Source: an uncultured Candidatus Saccharibacteria bacterium
GTDB taxonomy: Bacteria > Patescibacteriota > Minisyncoccia > Phycocordibacterales > PALSA-1337
Length of the DNA: 50,798 nucleotides
Direction of reading: 5' to 3'
Assembly (NCBI GenBank): GCA_964576745.1
Contig: CAZNUY010000001.1
Coordinates: 1-50,798 of the forward strand
The notes under the pieces are model-generated. The model had not been told where the DNA came from. It did no database searches and was given only the letters and a program-made list of their open reading frames with translations. Shown here in pieces: positions 1-9,601 of the stretch. Numbering within the stretch: position 1 is the stretch's first letter; each line of letters starts with the position of its first letter. The position numbers were made by a program, and so were the translations under genes.

Positions 1-61
1 TTCAAATCAAGAATTATGGCAGCAACAAAGAAACTCGGATAATCCCGGGTTTTTTGTTTTT

Positions 62-679
62 TTATTTCCTATTCTTAGATGTCCAGATATTATTCCACCA
101 ATCTGAAGGACCAACCTTATAAATAGATTCACCAAGTTTCTTTCCAGTTGCGGTTTTTAATTTTTCTAATTGAGCATTAACTTTTGCTTTACCTTTACCA
201 TATAACCAGACATTCGCTTCTTTGTTTCCAGACCATTCATATTCTCTAAGAAGAAGAATTTGGTCTAGAACATCTGCTTCCTTTGCTAGAACTGCCTCCT
301 TACTTTCTCTTTTTTCATATTCATCAATAAAATCCTTAAGATCTGAATAGGGTAGTGAACCGAGTTGCTCATCAGTTATTTCGTCTTCATAGATCTTTAC
401 ATATTTCTTATGTATCCAATTATGGTCATTACTTCGAACTTCTGCGACATCGTGCAATAAACTCATCATTACTGTTTTATAAGGATCAGCACCTTCTTCT
501 TTTGCTAGGAACCAACTAATCATAGTTACTCTATACGAGTGTGATGCAATACTATCCGACATGTCATCAGTTAAGAGTACTTGTCTATGTATTCTCATCA
601 GTTTTCGCATAGTACCTATTTCATACAAGAAATTTGTTATTTTGTCCTGATTTTTATTTGTATCTTTTTTGGTTTTCAT
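62..679 (-). CDS. HD-domain metal-dependent phosphohydrolase (YfbR-like family)
   Basis: 205-aa ORF with an H...HD signature (SHSYRV ... LLHDVAEVRSNDHNW) typical of the HD superfamily. Confidence 0.75.
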   Translation of the reverse strand: MKTKKDTNKNQDKITNFLYEIGTMRKLMRIHRQVLLTDDMSDSIASHSYRVTMISWFLAKEEGADPYKTVMMSLLHDVAEVRSNDHNWIHKKYVKIYEDEITDEQLGSLPYSDLKDFIDEYEKRESKEAVLAKEADVLDQILLLREYEWSGNKEANVWLYGKGKAKVNAQLEKLKTATGKKLGESIYKVGPSDWWNNIWTSKNRK

Positions 680-686
680 AAATTTG

Positions 687-758
687 TGCCCTCGGTAGGA
701 ATCGAACCTACATCACAACTTCCGCAAAGTTGTGTCCTATCCATTGAACGACGGGGGC
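687..758 (-). tRNA. tRNA-Arg (anticodon GCG)
   Basis: Hand-folded cloverleaf on the minus strand. Acceptor GCCCCCG/CGAGGGC has one C-A mismatch; anticodon loop TTGCGGA; T-loop TTCGATT. CCA is not encoded. Confidence 0.7.
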
Positions 759-784
759 GCTAGAATTAGACTAGCATATTTCTT

Positions 785-1243
785 TTAGAATCCAAATCTT
801 TCAAAGAATCTTTGGGCAAAAGATTCATGATGTTCTGTCTCAGCAATATAATTTAATAGAATATCTCTAACTTTCTCAGGGTCTACTTCTTCTATATAGA
901 CTTTAATATAAGGCATGAAAGTTTTGTAGGATTTTATAAGAACTCGTGGTGGATGCAAATGTGCATCTATCCAGAATGATTCTAGATTCATAAAAGGGTG
1001 GAGAACATTGTCTATTACTACACCTCTATCATTTATTTCGCATTTTACGGTTTTTGGCTTTTTTGAAGCATGGATTACCAGGGCAAATGCAGAAGCAATC
1101 AATAATATTGCAAATATTATGTCTTTGAAAATAATAGAAAGCGCTACCGCAGTAATAGTTATAATACCGACTGACCAATACCAGTCATTATTCTTCTCGG
1201 TATGGAAATGTTCTGGAGCGCTCCATTCTATGAGAGGTTGCAT
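785..1243 (-). CDS. hypothetical membrane protein
   Basis: 152-aa ORF with two hydrophobic helices (WYWSVGIITITAVALSIIF, FAILLIASAFALVI); no recognised motif. Confidence 0.5.
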   Translation of the reverse strand: MQPLIEWSAPEHFHTEKNNDWYWSVGIITITAVALSIIFKDIIFAILLIASAFALVIHASKKPKTVKCEINDRGVVIDNVLHPFMNLESFWIDAHLHPPRVLIKSYKTFMPYIKVYIEEVDPEKVRDILLNYIAETEHHESFAQRFFERFGF

Positions 1244-1261
1244 GGGAATATTATAGCATTA

Positions 1262-1825
1262 TTAAATATTAGATATCGGTAGCTGGTTGTGAATAGTTGG
1301 GATTTCTATTATTCTATGACCTGCACCATCTATTTTTTTTAATTCCATATTAAATTTTTTAAAGAAATTCCAGCCAGATTCTGTCCAGATATTCGCGTAT
1401 ACTTTATCAATCAAATGGTTATTAGAGATAAAGTAATCTCTAGATTTATTCCATAATAAATTAGAAAGACCTTTATTTCTGTACTTTTCCAATATTGCAA
1501 TAGCTACAATGTATAGCGTTAGGGGAGAGCTAAGATCCTTGTTCACAAAATTAAATAATTCACCATCTTTTAATTTACCATCAAGCAGTTTTGCTACTCC
1601 AGCAGAATTTATACTTAGAAAATCAATATAGCCGATTGGTGTGTCATTGTTATAAATAACACTAGTGAAGCAAAATTTATTAATCTTTTCCCAATCTTCT
1701 GCTTTTCCTTCATCTTCTATTTCAATTTCACCGAAACATTTGTAGTCAATATCGATGAGTTTTTCAATTAGTTGTTTTCTGCCATCACTATCACTAGTTG
1801 AAACTACTTTGATATTGTTTTTCAT
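1262..1825 (-). CDS. GNAT-family N-acetyltransferase (putative)
   Basis: 187-aa ORF with an acetyl-CoA motif-A-like segment LEKYRNKGLSNLLW. Confidence 0.5.
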   Translation of the reverse strand: MKNNIKVVSTSDSDGRKQLIEKLIDIDYKCFGEIEIEDEGKAEDWEKINKFCFTSVIYNNDTPIGYIDFLSINSAGVAKLLDGKLKDGELFNFVNKDLSSPLTLYIVAIAILEKYRNKGLSNLLWNKSRDYFISNNHLIDKVYANIWTESGWNFFKKFNMELKKIDGAGHRIIEIPTIHNQLPISNI

Positions 1826-2253
1826 ATTTCAATAGAACCATCTTCTATTATAATAGTAACTTCATCTCCATAATTTAACGATTGAATATGCTCAGTTATT
1901 ATTTCTATAGTTGTATCTGGGTGAGCTTTAACTTCTGAAGGGCAGGGGTAATAAATGTATGAAGGATAGAATTTATTATTATGTTTTAACTCCACATTAA
2001 CTAACCAAAAAGTCTCTGTAATATTTGGAAGCCATTCGCAGGTCACAATATGATCGGGTTTCAATATTTTAAATTCTTTAGGTGAAATATCAACATTTAT
2101 TGTGCCGTTATACCAAGATCCAACTCTTTTAACTCCTGCCAATTCGAAAAATGGTTTCTGTTTAGCGATAGTCCCATTGCCACCATGACCATTAAGTCCA
2201 GATGCACTTCGTAGTCCTTGTATAATTATCCCGTTAATTTGTAGGTTTTTCAT
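1822..2253 (-). CDS. hypothetical protein
   Basis: 143-aa ORF overlapping the downstream gene by 4 nt (operonic); no confident family assignment. Confidence 0.45.
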   Translation of the reverse strand: MKNLQINGIIIQGLRSASGLNGHGGNGTIAKQKPFFELAGVKRVGSWYNGTINVDISPKEFKILKPDHIVTCEWLPNITETFWLVNVELKHNNKFYPSYIYYPCPSEVKAHPDTTIEIITEHIQSLNYGDEVTIIIEDGSIEI

Positions 2254-2270
2254 TCGGATTAGATGAAGTA

Positions 2271-3314
2271 TTAAGACTTCTTTCCCTCCAATTCTAAGTA
2301 ATTCAATAGTTCGTTTATATCACAAGTTGCTAGACCAATTACAGTATCTGCACAACCATAGTAAACATAGAGCTTATTATCTACAACAACCGCCCCTTCT
2401 GGGAAAGTAACATTTGGAACCAAGCCATCTCTTTCATAGTCTGTTACTGGTTGTAAAATATACCCTGGAGTTCTTGCAATTAATTTATCTGGGTCATTAA
2501 TATCTAGTAATGCGGCCCCAATAGTCCATGTATCTGACATAGACTCAGAAGAAAATATTAGTAACCAACCCCGATCAGTCTTTATTGGTGTAGATCCAAG
2601 TTCTGGGCCCCTATGTAACCACCACTCTGTCTTTAGGGTTGCCTTTTTACTGGAGAGAAATTCATCCCACTCCTTTTGAGTTGTTTTTGCAATATCTTCA
2701 ATGGAATTGTAATACTTTGTTACAACTCGAGATGTGGTTGAGTCTGCAGATACTGTCATAATAAAACCAATCTTTCCATTTTTCACTTTTTCAGGGAAAA
2801 GGGCAGCTGCTTTTGAACTAATTGGTGGTCCAATTATTCCGATTTTCTTTATATCAATGAAATCTTTTGTTGTTGCTAGAGCAATTCTTATATTCGGTTG
2901 TTTAATGTGTTTTTCGTGAATAGGGCTATCAATTGATGTATAGGTTATATAGAAGGTGTCTCCAATTTTAGTGATTCTTGGGTCCTCGCATCCAAATTTA
3001 TCGTATTCTGTATCAGGAGATATAAAAGGTTCATTTCTTCTTTCAAAATTAATTCCATCCTTGCTCTCTGCATATCCTATATAAGAAGTTTGATTTTTGA
3101 AATGAAATCCAGGTCGCTTCAGCTTCGGGGTTGTAAGTTCCAAATTATTTGGATACGTTCTATAAAGCATTTTGAAAATTCCTTCATCGTAAATTACAGA
3201 TGGATTAAAAACCGCTTTGGCTTCCCAAGATATTTCCTTTCGTGCAATGAGAATTGGTTGTGGATTTTCATTACTTGGATACCGTTCCAATTGAAATTTA
3301 TATTTTTGAGACAT
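2271..3314 (-). CDS. glycoside hydrolase family 130 / DUF377-type glycosidase-phosphorylase
   Basis: 347-aa ORF with AVFNPSVIYDEGIFKMLYR, GCEDPRITKIGDTFYITYT and YYGCADTVIGLA blocks characteristic of GH130 beta-propeller enzymes. Confidence 0.7.
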   Translation of the reverse strand: MSQKYKFQLERYPSNENPQPILIARKEISWEAKAVFNPSVIYDEGIFKMLYRTYPNNLELTTPKLKRPGFHFKNQTSYIGYAESKDGINFERRNEPFISPDTEYDKFGCEDPRITKIGDTFYITYTSIDSPIHEKHIKQPNIRIALATTKDFIDIKKIGIIGPPISSKAAALFPEKVKNGKIGFIMTVSADSTTSRVVTKYYNSIEDIAKTTQKEWDEFLSSKKATLKTEWWLHRGPELGSTPIKTDRGWLLIFSSESMSDTWTIGAALLDINDPDKLIARTPGYILQPVTDYERDGLVPNVTFPEGAVVVDNKLYVYYGCADTVIGLATCDINELLNYLELEGKKS

Positions 3315-3383
3315 ATTTACTAAAGTATAGCAAAATTTCGTATCTTAACATAGAAGATACGAAATATTAGAGTAAAATTTCTG

Positions 3384-3470
3384 CGGATGGGGTGAGATTC
3401 GAACTCACGGCCCACTTGCGCGGGCGACAGTTTTCAAGACTGTTCCATTAGACCACTCTGGCACCCATCC
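3384..3470 (-). tRNA. tRNA-Ser (anticodon TGA)
   Basis: Minus-strand type II tRNA. Acceptor GGATGGG/CCCATCC; anticodon loop CTTGAAA; long variable arm; T-loop TTCGAAT. Confidence 0.85.
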
Positions 3471-3513
3471 TTGTTGTATAAAGATACTCTCATATTTTGC
3501 CATAATTTTCAAC

Positions 3514-3918
3514 ATGCAGTACACTAATACTATGAAAATCATGGGAATTGACTATGGAACAAAAAGAGTGGGAGTAGCTTTCTCTGATGAAGGAATGCAA
3601 TTTGCAATACCATCTGAAGTAATAAAGAACTCAAAAAATTTACTAAGTGAAATAAAAGAAATAGCAGACAAAAATTATATTAAGGAAATAGTAATGGGGG
3701 AGTCAAAGAATTATAAAGGTGAAGCAAATGATATTTATGAAGAGAGTTTAAAATTTAAATCTAATCTAGAAAAGGAAGGTTTTAAAGTACATCTTGAACC
3801 AGAATTCATGACCAGTGTCAATGCAGAGAGATTCCAAGGCAAAAATGATATGTTGGATGCTTCTGCAGCAGCTCTAATATTACAAAGTTTTCTTGATAAA
3901 AAGCAATCAAAAGTATAG
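3514..3918 (+). CDS. ruvX: Holliday junction resolvase-like RuvX/YqgF
   Basis: MGIDYGTKRVGVAFSD N-terminal RNase H-fold motif. The true start is probably the internal ATG at 3532. Confidence 0.8.
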   Translation: MQYTNTMKIMGIDYGTKRVGVAFSDEGMQFAIPSEVIKNSKNLLSEIKEIADKNYIKEIVMGESKNYKGEANDIYEESLKFKSNLEKEGFKVHLEPEFMTSVNAERFQGKNDMLDASAAALILQSFLDKKQSKV

Positions 3919-3927
3919 TATAAGGGA

Positions 3928-4257
3928 ATGATTTCTTATGATGATTTTGCAAAAGTTGAAATAAAAGCAGGGAAAATTATCTCAGCCGAGAAAATTCCTG
4001 ATACAGAAAAGCTATTAAAGCTTATGGTGGATTTCGCTGAGGAGAAACCAAGACAGATAGTTTCAGGTATTTCCATTTATTTTCCTGATCCTACAGTACT
4101 TGTGGGGAAGACATGCATGTTCGTTACAAATCTTGAACCAAGAACAATAAAGGGTTTTGAAAGTAATGGAATGTTATTCGCTTTGTCTACTCCAGAAGGT
4201 GACTTCTCTTTATTGGAACCAAATTCCACAATTCCTGCAGGTACTAAGGCAAAATAA
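3928..4257 (+). CDS. tRNA-binding domain protein (CsaA/EMAP-like)
   Basis: FAKVEIKAGKIISAEKIP...KLLKLMVDF...RQIVSGI pattern of the OB-fold tRNA-binding domain. Confidence 0.75.
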   Translation: MISYDDFAKVEIKAGKIISAEKIPDTEKLLKLMVDFAEEKPRQIVSGISIYFPDPTVLVGKTCMFVTNLEPRTIKGFESNGMLFALSTPEGDFSLLEPNSTIPAGTKAK

Positions 4258-4259
4258 TT

Positions 4260-4868
4260 ATGTCTTACATATCTTCATTACTTGATCCTTTAACAATTAT
4301 TAAAACTCTAGGACTTATTGGAGTAGTAGTTATTGTCTTTGCTGAATCTGGATTATTTTTTGGCTTCTTTTTACCAGGTGATTCATTGCTTTTTACTGCA
4401 GGATTCTTGGCATCACAAGATTTAATATCAATTTGGGGACTTCTTATTTTGTGTTTTATTGCTGCTGTTGTGGGGGATAGTGTGGGGTATATGTTTGGCA
4501 GAAAGACTGGCCCAATGATATTTAATAAAGAAGACTCAATATTTTTTAAAAAGAAGCATGTAGAGAAAGCTAGAATTTTTTATGAAAAATATGGAAAGAA
4601 GACAATTGTAATGGCTAGATTTATACCCATTGTAAGAACATTTGCGCCAATCGTTGCGGGTGTTGCGCAGATGGAATATAAAGTTTTTATTTCTTACAAC
4701 ATAATAGGTGGTTTTGTTTGGACATGGGGAATGTTAGGTTTCGGATATATCTTGGGAAATGTAATTCCTAATGCAGAAAAGTATTTAACACCAATTATTC
4801 TTATAATAATTTTCGTATCCTTTATTCCTGCAATTGTTGAATACTACAAATCAAAAAAGGTGTTATAA
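4260..4868 (+). CDS. DedA-family membrane protein
   Basis: 202-aa polytopic ORF with FFLPGDSLLFTAGFLA and ARFIPIVRTFAPIVAG motifs typical of DedA/SNARE-associated proteins. Confidence 0.8.
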   Translation: MSYISSLLDPLTIIKTLGLIGVVVIVFAESGLFFGFFLPGDSLLFTAGFLASQDLISIWGLLILCFIAAVVGDSVGYMFGRKTGPMIFNKEDSIFFKKKHVEKARIFYEKYGKKTIVMARFIPIVRTFAPIVAGVAQMEYKVFISYNIIGGFVWTWGMLGFGYILGNVIPNAEKYLTPIILIIIFVSFIPAIVEYYKSKKVL

Positions 4869-4871
4869 TAT

Positions 4872-5822
4872 TTGGTAAATAAATGTATGTTTACCAAACA
4901 GTTTTTTAAATTATTTCCTCCTCCTAAGTTCTTAGATATTGTATATTCTGGTTTAGATATTTCTGATGACGCTATTCATTGTATTGAGTATTCAAAGGGT
5001 TCTAATGGATTTGTCGTCCATAAATTTGGTGTGAGGAAATTAGAACCTGGTATTGTTGTTGCAGGTTTTATAAAAAAAGAACAGGAATTAATAAGTACAC
5101 TAGCAAGCTTGGTTCAAGAGTTAAAAATTCATACAGTTAAGGCTTCATTACCAGAAGAGAGAATGTATCTTTTTAAAACAGAAGTTCCAAATGTAAGTGA
5201 AAGTCAAATTAGACAAAATATTGAATTTAAATTAGAGGAGAATGTACCGCTCTCTCCAGCGGATGCATTATTTTTTTTCGAATTAATTCCTGGTATCAAA
5301 AATGATGATAAGCTACATGCAAGTGTATCAGTTGCACCTAGAGATTTGGTTGAATCCTATTTGAATGTTCTTAGATTGGCGGGTCTTGAGGTTATTTCAT
5401 TTGAAATTCAACCAAAATCAATAGCCCATGCAATTCTTCCTTCTGATTGTCATGAGACTCAGATAATTGTCTATGGTATGAATAATAAATATGGAATTTA
5501 TGTTGTCAGCTCTGGTGTTGTTTGTTTCACTTCTACAATAGATACCACAGGCCAGTTAGACAATATATTGCAGTTAGAGTTAAAAAAAGTCTATCAATAC
5601 TGGAATGAGCATGAACCAGAGAAGGAAATAAAAAAAATAAAGTTAACAGGCAATGGTTCAATCAAAATTTTCCAAGACTCCAAAATATCTCCTGATCCAA
5701 GGGTTAGCGTGGAAGTCTGTAATATATGGTCCAATGCATTTTCAAATGATAATTATATTCCACCGATTTCATTTGAGGATTCACAAGAATATGTTGTTGC
5801 AGCAGGTTTAGCTTTACAATAA
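4872..5822 (+). CDS. pilM: type IV pilus assembly protein PilM-like (actin-like ATPase fold)
   Basis: 316-aa ORF with a TTG start and an N-terminal GLDISDDAIHCIEY segment; it heads an operon of small bitopic proteins. Confidence 0.6.
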   Translation: MVNKCMFTKQFFKLFPPPKFLDIVYSGLDISDDAIHCIEYSKGSNGFVVHKFGVRKLEPGIVVAGFIKKEQELISTLASLVQELKIHTVKASLPEERMYLFKTEVPNVSESQIRQNIEFKLEENVPLSPADALFFFELIPGIKNDDKLHASVSVAPRDLVESYLNVLRLAGLEVISFEIQPKSIAHAILPSDCHETQIIVYGMNNKYGIYVVSSGVVCFTSTIDTTGQLDNILQLELKKVYQYWNEHEPEKEIKKIKLTGNGSIKIFQDSKISPDPRVSVEVCNIWSNAFSNDNYIPPISFEDSQEYVVAAGLALQ

Positions 5823-5826
5823 TTTT

Positions 5827-6396
5827 ATGATTCATTATACATTATTACCAAAACATGATATTGATGTCTTAAAGAAAGAATACAGGATTAGAGTTTTTAC
5901 TCTGCTAATGTTTTTTGTCTCATGTTCAATAGTTGTTGGTATTGTTGCACTAATACCAGCTTATATGTATTCATATAATCAAGAGAGGGATTCATTAAAA
6001 AAGTTAAGTCAGACACAGAAGAGTAATGAGTCAAAGGGTATATATGAGGTAATAAAGAATTTAGAGACTGCAGAGAAAATGGTTGCAAAATTAAAGGAAG
6101 ATAGTCCTATAATAGAAACCTCATCAATATTAGATACAGTATTATTGCATGGTAATGGTTTGGTAAATATAAACGTATTTCAAATGAATATAACAAAGAG
6201 TGCATCATCTAGTGCTGAAATAGTAATACAAGGCAAATCTAAGACCAGAGAGTCACTCCTTACATTTAAAAAGGACTTGGAACAGGACAAAATGTTCTAT
6301 GATATAGAAATGCCAATATCTGATTTAGCAAAGACAATAGACAGTACTTATGCAATTAAATTTAAATTAAAGAAACAAAATGCGATTAAACTCTAA
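5827..6396 (+). CDS. PilN-like bitopic pilus assembly protein
   Basis: 189 aa with a single N-terminal TM helix followed by a coiled region; lies immediately after the pilM-like gene. Confidence 0.45.
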   Translation: MIHYTLLPKHDIDVLKKEYRIRVFTLLMFFVSCSIVVGIVALIPAYMYSYNQERDSLKKLSQTQKSNESKGIYEVIKNLETAEKMVAKLKEDSPIIETSSILDTVLLHGNGLVNINVFQMNITKSASSSAEIVIQGKSKTRESLLTFKKDLEQDKMFYDIEMPISDLAKTIDSTYAIKFKLKKQNAIKL

Positions 6397-6886
6397 ACAT
6401 TATTTCCTGCTTTTGATCGGTCTATGTTCTGTTATTGTAACAAGTATTGGTTATTGGTATGTATATAAATCCGTCATAGTAAATGGCCAAAAAAAAGCCG
6501 CATTGATTAGAGAAATAGAGATAGACAATGACAATAAAAAGAATCAAGAATTTCTAACTGAAGTCAGCAAGGCTACAGAACAAGATAGAGCTAAATTGGC
6601 ATCATATTTTATATCAGAAGATGATGTGCTGGGATTTATAACTTCTATTGAGTCTATTGAGAAAGTCTCTTCAACTACTGTTAAGATATCATCTATATCA
6701 AATGATAGTTCAATAAATCATATAAGAGCAAATATAGAAATAAGTGGTGGTTGGGTCAATGTAAGAAGGGCATTAAGTATGATTGAGAATTTACCTTACA
6801 GTATAAATATTGATAGTATTAATCTTTCATTTAATTCTAATAAATGGAATATGACGTTAAGTATAAAAGCATTGTCAACAAAATAA
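6380..6886 (+). CDS. PilO-like bitopic pilus assembly protein
   Basis: 168 aa with an N-terminal TM helix; overlaps the preceding gene; the call rests on operon position. Confidence 0.4.
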   Translation: MRLNSKHYFLLLIGLCSVIVTSIGYWYVYKSVIVNGQKKAALIREIEIDNDNKKNQEFLTEVSKATEQDRAKLASYFISEDDVLGFITSIESIEKVSSTTVKISSISNDSSINHIRANIEISGGWVNVRRALSMIENLPYSINIDSINLSFNSNKWNMTLSIKALSTK

Positions 6887-6887
6887 C

Positions 6888-7205
6888 ATGATTAAATTTT
6901 TTAATTTTAAAAGAATATTATCAGTTAGAGCTATAAGGGAAGGGGGTAGAAATCCATATGTTGATTGGGTTGTAATTTTATTTATAAGTGTCTTCGTGTG
7001 TATTTCGTTAATATTTGGAGGTCTTTCATTATATGAAAAGGTTAGAAATGGGGAAATTGAGGCTATAGGAACATCTTCAAGTACAAAAATGAAGACATTT
7101 AATCAAAAAGATTTAAAATACATTATTGATATGTATAATACCAAAGCTGAGAATATCAATCTTATTAAGACTGGATTCAAAACTGTTCCAGATCCATCAA
7201 AATAG
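6888..7205 (+). CDS. small bitopic membrane protein of the pilus operon
   Basis: 105 aa with one TM helix (WVVILFISVFVCISLIFGGL); 1-nt spacing from the upstream gene. Confidence 0.4.
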   Translation: MIKFFNFKRILSVRAIREGGRNPYVDWVVILFISVFVCISLIFGGLSLYEKVRNGEIEAIGTSSSTKMKTFNQKDLKYIIDMYNTKAENINLIKTGFKTVPDPSK

Positions 7206-7257
7206 CTAGTCTTTGTATTTATTTCATTTTCTTGCTATATTCTTTATGTTTAGATTT

Positions 7258-7332
7258 GCCCTTGTAGTTCAATGGATAGAACTGCGGACTTCTAAGCCGT
7301 CGATGTTGGTTCGATTCCAACCAAGGGCACCA
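7258..7332 (+). tRNA. tRNA-Arg (anticodon TCT)
   Basis: Acceptor GCCCTTG/CAAGGGC; anticodon loop CTTCTAA; T-loop TTCGATT; CCA encoded. Confidence 0.85.
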
Positions 7333-7422
7333 AATATTACTGTGTATAAGTTACTATAATATCTATAATTATATTGTATAATTATATGTATAGACTAGTT
7401 ATTATTAATTAATAATAAAATT

Positions 7423-7638
7423 ATGAAAGCTTTACATGCAATAGCATTTATATTGGTAGTTGTAGGTGGTTTAAATTGGGGACTAGTAGGTGTTGCTGAT
7501 TACAATGTTGTATCATTGGTAGGTCAAACACTAGAGAAAGTTGTTTATATTCTAGTTGGTCTTTCAGCAATATATCTTGTACTTACACATAAGAGTACTT
7601 GCAAGAATTGTTCATCAGGAGGATCACAATCAATGTAA
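7423..7638 (+). CDS. DUF378-family small membrane protein
   Basis: 71 aa with the LVVVGGLNWGLVG signature of DUF378. Confidence 0.7.
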   Translation: MKALHAIAFILVVVGGLNWGLVGVADYNVVSLVGQTLEKVVYILVGLSAIYLVLTHKSTCKNCSSGGSQSM

Positions 7639-7654
7639 TATTTTAGTTAATCTA

Positions 7655-7690
7655 AAACAAAAAATCACCTTAATAGGTGGTTTTTTGTTT
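7655..7690 (+). terminator. intrinsic terminator after the DUF378 gene
   Basis: Hairpin CACCT-TAAT-AGGTG extended by A/T pairs and followed by a T-run. Confidence 0.6.
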
Positions 7691-7741
7691 TAATCGGCTT
7701 GAATTTTACTGATAGTTAGTGTATAAATAGATTATATAAAT

Positions 7742-7814
7742 GCGCCCTTAGCTCAGTTGGTAGAGCAACCCATTTACACTGGGAAGGTCAGGAGTTCAAG
7801 TCTCTTAGGGCGCA
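7742..7814 (+). tRNA. tRNA-Val (anticodon TAC)
   Basis: Acceptor GCGCCCT/AGGGCGC; D-loop AGTTGGTA; anticodon loop TTTACAC; T-loop TTCAAGT. Confidence 0.85.
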
Positions 7815-7815
7815 C

Positions 7816-8562
7816 TTGAAGATAGTAATACTATATGAAGATAAAGATATAATAGCGGTTAATAAACCTGCTGGTATTGTTGTGCATCCAGATGGCAAAT
7901 CCAAAGGGCCATTTTTAACTGAATGGATACTAAAGAATTATCCTAAAACAAAGAATGTGGGCGAACCTGTAGAGACCAAAGATTATGGAATAATAGAGCG
8001 TCCTGGAATAGTACATCGTCTAGATAGAGATACTTCAGGCGTTATACTTATCGCAAAGACTAAGCTAGGGTTTGATAAATTAAAAGAGCAATTCCAGAAT
8101 AGAACTGTATTAAAAAAATACTTAGCATTCGTATATGGTGAGATGAAAGAAGAATATGGCATTATAAATAGACCTATAGGTAGAAGTCCAAGAGATTTTA
8201 GAAGATGGTCTGCTACTAGAGGTGCAAGAGGGGAGATGCGAGATGCAGAGACTTGGTACCATAGACTGGTTACTAGAACAGGATTTTCTTTTGTTGAAAT
8301 AGAACCTAAAACTGGCAGAACACATCAGATCAGAGTGCATTTCAAGGCTATCAATCATCCTATAGTTTCTGATCAACTTTATGCTTCTGATAAGCCATTG
8401 GCTTTAGGTTTTAAAAGAAATGCCCTACATGCCTATTCTATTGAATTCACTAACCGTGTAGGTAAAAAAATAATTGTAAAAGCACCTATTACCAAGGATT
8501 TCAAAGATGCATTAAAAGAGCTAGGTATCACAGAGGTTGCTAAAAATAAGGGCTTGTGTTAG
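7816..8562 (+). CDS. RluA/RluD-family 23S rRNA pseudouridine synthase (no S4 domain)
   Basis: HRLDRDTSGVILIAKT catalytic motif and GRTHQIRVH. The TTG start lies 1 nt after tRNA-Val. Confidence 0.85.
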   Translation: MKIVILYEDKDIIAVNKPAGIVVHPDGKSKGPFLTEWILKNYPKTKNVGEPVETKDYGIIERPGIVHRLDRDTSGVILIAKTKLGFDKLKEQFQNRTVLKKYLAFVYGEMKEEYGIINRPIGRSPRDFRRWSATRGARGEMRDAETWYHRLVTRTGFSFVEIEPKTGRTHQIRVHFKAINHPIVSDQLYASDKPLALGFKRNALHAYSIEFTNRVGKKIIVKAPITKDFKDALKELGITEVAKNKGLC

Positions 8563-8588
8563 ATTTGTTCTTACATTAGATAATATAT

Positions 8589-9026
8589 ATGGCAACAATC
8601 AACCCTATTTCAACAGTAAATATTGAGGAAAGGAAGAATCTAGATATAAGACCTGGAGATACTATTAAGGTATGGCAGAAGATTCAGGAGAAGGGAAAGA
8701 CAAGACTTCAGGCATTTGAAGGTCTGGTTCTATCCAGAAAGCATGGTACAGAAGCTGGAGGAACATTCACAGTAAGAAAGGTAATTGATGGTGTAGGTGT
8801 TGAGAAAATTTTCCCTCTATATACTCCACTTATAGACAAGATTGAGCTTCTAAGAAGATCAAAGGTTAGAAGAGCAAAGTTGTATTTCGTAAGAGAGAAG
8901 GCAGCAAAGGAAATACGAAGACAAATGAGAAGAATGTTACAGATTGATTCTGATCAGAATACAGATACGAAGCATGCAAGAAGTGAGAAAGCTTCAGAAG
9001 TTTCTCATAACGAGCCTCAAGGTTAA
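8589..9026 (+). CDS. rplS: 50S ribosomal protein L19 with a charged C-terminal extension
   Basis: [33 protein letters not shown]...FTVRK...[19 protein letters not shown]. Confidence 0.9.
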   Translation: MATINPISTVNIEERKNLDIRPGDTIKVWQKIQEKGKTRLQAFEGLVLSRKHGTEAGGTFTVRKVIDGVGVEKIFPLYTPLIDKIELLRRSKVRRAKLYFVREKAAKEIRRQMRRMLQIDSDQNTDTKHARSEKASEVSHNEPQG

Positions 9027-9063
9027 GAGCTCGTCTTTGGTATTTTATTTTTTAAAATTTTAA

Positions 9064-9090
9064 AAACGAGCTCTGAACGGGCTCGTTTTG
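9064..9090 (+). terminator. intrinsic terminator after rplS
   Basis: ACGAGC-N9-GCTCGT hairpin followed by TTTT. Confidence 0.6.
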
Positions 9091-9126
9091 CGTTATAAAT
9101 TCGCAAAAAATTGGAAGGTTGAAGTT

Positions 9127-9309
9127 ATGATGAGTATTGGAGATAGTGATATTGTTGTTGATGAAATTGGTAATCCAATTTCTGAACCGAAACAGGGTCA
9201 GGTAGGATTTTCCGATGGAGTCGAATGTACTTTTTTTATTGGGTTTGGATGGCTTACTCAAAATGAGTTAACAAAACTTCGTCTGTCCGAACCACGCATA
9301 GCTCCATAG
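9127..9309 (+). CDS. possible small hypothetical protein
   Basis: 60-aa ORF from an internal ATG, followed by two strong hairpins; no recognisable motif. Confidence 0.3.
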   Translation: MMSIGDSDIVVDEIGNPISEPKQGQVGFSDGVECTFFIGFGWLTQNELTKLRLSEPRIAP

Positions 9310-9371
9310 TTCTCAAAAATAACGACCAAATTATAACCGCACTTGAAATATTAGTGCGGTTATTTCAATTG

Positions 9372-9412
9372 AAAAAAGACCCGTTATCAGTTATAGTGAA
9401 AGGGTCTTTTTG
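9372..9412 (+). terminator. intrinsic terminator, second of two hairpins (the first is the 11-bp perfect stem at 9333-9363)
   Basis: AAAGACCC-N19-GGGTCTTT followed by a T-run. Confidence 0.55.
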
Positions 9413-9419
9413 ATTATAT

Positions 9420-9504
9420 GCCCAGGTGGCGTAATTGGTAGCCGCATACCCTTGAGGTGGGTACGCCGTAAGGTGTGGAGGTTCGAGTCCTCTCCTGGGC
9501 ACCA
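9420..9504 (+). tRNA. tRNA-Leu (anticodon GAG)
   Basis: Type II tRNA. Acceptor GCCCAGG/CCTGGGC; anticodon stem TACCC/GGGTA with loop TTGAGGT; long variable arm; CCA encoded. Confidence 0.85.
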
Positions 9505-9525
9505 GTTCTCAAAAAGTTAATATAT

Positions 9526-9601
9526 GGTGGCTATGGTGTAGCGGTTAGCACCAGAGTTTGTGGAACTCTTAGTTCGGGTTCGACTCCCGATAGCCACCCC
9601 A
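9526..9601 (+). tRNA. tRNA-His (anticodon GTG) with encoded G-1 and CCA
   Basis: G-1 plus acceptor GTGGCTA/TAGCCAC; anticodon loop TTGTGGA; T-loop TTCGACT. The 3' end abuts the left end of the island. Confidence 0.85.

Noticed and set aside
581-763. 60-aa plus-strand ORF; likewise 9475-9687 (+)
   Set aside because: Both run through tRNA genes (tRNA-Arg antisense; tRNA-Leu/His) and overlap better-supported CDSs.
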